Of a stretch of 63,330 bases of DNA, positions 62,201 to 63,330 are shown one piece after another (the first letter of the stretch is position 1; each line of letters opens with the position of its first letter). The DNA is taken from NCBI GenBank assembly GCA_009103225.1, contig RHPI01000585.1, positions 186,001 through 249,330 of the forward strand. The letters run 5' to 3'. The position numbers were made by a program, and so were the translations under genes. The stretch is from Chlorokybus atmophyticus (Eukaryota; Plantae; Mesostigma and Chlorokybus algae). The notes under the pieces were generated by a model. That model ran no database searches and was not told where the DNA came from. It saw only the letters and a program-made list of their open reading frames with translations.

Positions 62201-62298
62201 CGCGACGCAGCGTGGCGCGCTTCAGCGTCGAAAACTTCACGGCAAGCTTTCTAGAGTCGCTACATTCAGAGTTGCTTGATGTTGGCGGTGCTAATTGA
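59297..62298 (+). CDS. ALG11: GDP-Man:Man3GlcNAc2-PP-dolichol alpha-1,2-mannosyltransferase; ~10 exons
   Basis: N-terminal TM; [84 protein letters not shown] (EX7E), [12 protein letters not shown]. Confidence 0.95.
60115..60251 (-). pseudogene. rps3: Mitochondrial rps3-like fragment (probable NUMT) antisense within ALG11 intron 1
   Basis: AT-rich block translating to [43 protein letters not shown], which resembles the N-terminus of plant mitochondrial Rps3 (YGKL.YQDVNLRSYF.S...GRCII.HFPKRT.IHFF, recalled from memory). Confidence 0.65.
61217..61301 (+). other. GC-AG intron in ALG11
   Basis: CAG|GCAAGG ... TACAG|GAA; 85 nt (not a multiple of 3); removal gives [13 protein letters not shown]. 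Confidence 0.75.
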
Positions 62299-63151
62299 CA
62301 CTTTCAAGCATGTGGTGTGGAGACACAATAAGAGGCACGTCAACGCTTTGCACCAACGACATGCACATAATGTCGGAAGCAGCATTGCAATATTGCAGTG
62401 GTGCGAGTCTGCTATTCCTTCACTATTGAATACCACAATTCATACACCGTGCAATGCATGTACCTAAAACTTGGTGCATGAGTCTAACCCACATAGAATT
62501 CAGTTGCTATGCATGCACAACTATGATAAGAAAACCAAGGGAAGGCACATGAGCAAGGTTGCCAAGGGATTGAGATGATGGTTGTGGACGAGTGGTAGGT
62601 GAGGGTTGAACAACGACAGCAATACTAGCAATGGTAACAGAGCTGAGCTGGGCCCCACACATTACACATTAAGTTTACAAAAGCAACAGTGTGGAAGGCA
62701 GCGCCTCACCTACATACATGCGCCACAGATGTGCTATGATTTGAGTAAAATCCTACGCACTACTGTGTAATGTAAGTGTTGATGCAACTTAAAACTGCAT
62801 TGCATATCCAAACCTATCACTAGTCAATTGCAGAACAAACGGTGCAAGGGGTGACGGCAATGGTTACATTACATAACGTAGTGTAAAGGGGCCACAGGCA
62901 GATTACACAGCAGACTTGACCAGACCAGTGCGAGTTTTAAAAAGCCCGAGAAGTTGTTTGGCTGCTGTTGTCACACAACCGACAACAGCAGCCAAACTCA
63001 ATCAAGCTAAAGAGGCTGGTTCTTATGTGCAAGGCGTGGAGAGGCAGCAAGTGGCCGGCTGGTACAGTAGCTCTATAAAACTACCTGCAGAAGAGCGCAT
63101 TATATCCGTAAACTTACGTAACCGTATCACCCCGTAATGTAATGAGGAGCA

Positions 63152-63202
63152 AGTTGTATTCATCACAACTCATTAACTTGTTGAGTTGTGATGAATACAA
63201 CT
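63152..63202. repeat. Perfect 21-bp inverted repeat with 9-nt loop
   Basis: AGTTGTATTCATCACAACTCA-TTAACTTGT-TGAGTTGTGATGAATACAACT. Confidence 0.93.
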
Positions 63203-63330
63203 CGTATCACCAACCACGGTGTGGCACCACAAGCGTGGTCTAGCAGCACCACGCTAGAGAAAAAGATTGTCCACCATCCGGCTGCAGATACCCACACGCA
63301 CATAGATGTGCCTATGACCAACTCTCCCCC

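Noticed and set aside
63215-63260. Short hairpins followed by CTAG, suggestive of a Helitron 3' end
   Set aside because: Stems are only 5-8 bp, spacing to CTAG is atypical, and no 5' TC end or Rep/helicase is visible.

Overview
Intron-rich eukaryotic nuclear DNA. GC-rich exons, (CA/TG/CG)-rich GT-AG introns, a plastid-transit-peptide protein, plant-type CLC, UPF1 and At1g18270-like genes, and a TRIM37 orthologue suggest a green alga, possibly an early-branching streptophyte (inference only). From left to right the window holds: the 5' half of a Ty3/gypsy-type LTR retrotransposon (-); a GT29 sialyltransferase-like gene with two EGF repeats and an acidic tail (+); a CLC anion transporter (-); a small orphan membrane protein (+); an EamA/DMT transporter (-); a WD40 protein (+); an unresolved coding-like region; a THUMP-domain RNA methyltransferase (-); TRIM37 (+); an indoleamine 2,3-dioxygenase-family gene (+); a dehydrogenase-DUF1537 kinase-class II aldolase fusion (-); UPF1 (+); an AT-richer interval with a TIR-bounded non-autonomous element full of palindromes; a small plastid LEA-like gene (+); glutaminyl-tRNA synthetase (-); and ALG11 (+), which carries a mitochondrial rps3-like fragment in one intron. 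The most notable observations are a CLC with altered anion-site residues (GSGIAD; central Tyr->Ser), the EGF-GT29-acidic-tail architecture, IDO and TRIM37 in an apparent green alga, five tight head-to-head gene pairs, four GC-AG introns, and many perfect 16-21 bp stem hairpins of unrelated sequence, two flanked by short direct repeats. Exon boundaries were inferred by eye and family calls come from recalled motifs, not database searches. No rRNA, tRNA or CRISPR array was seen.
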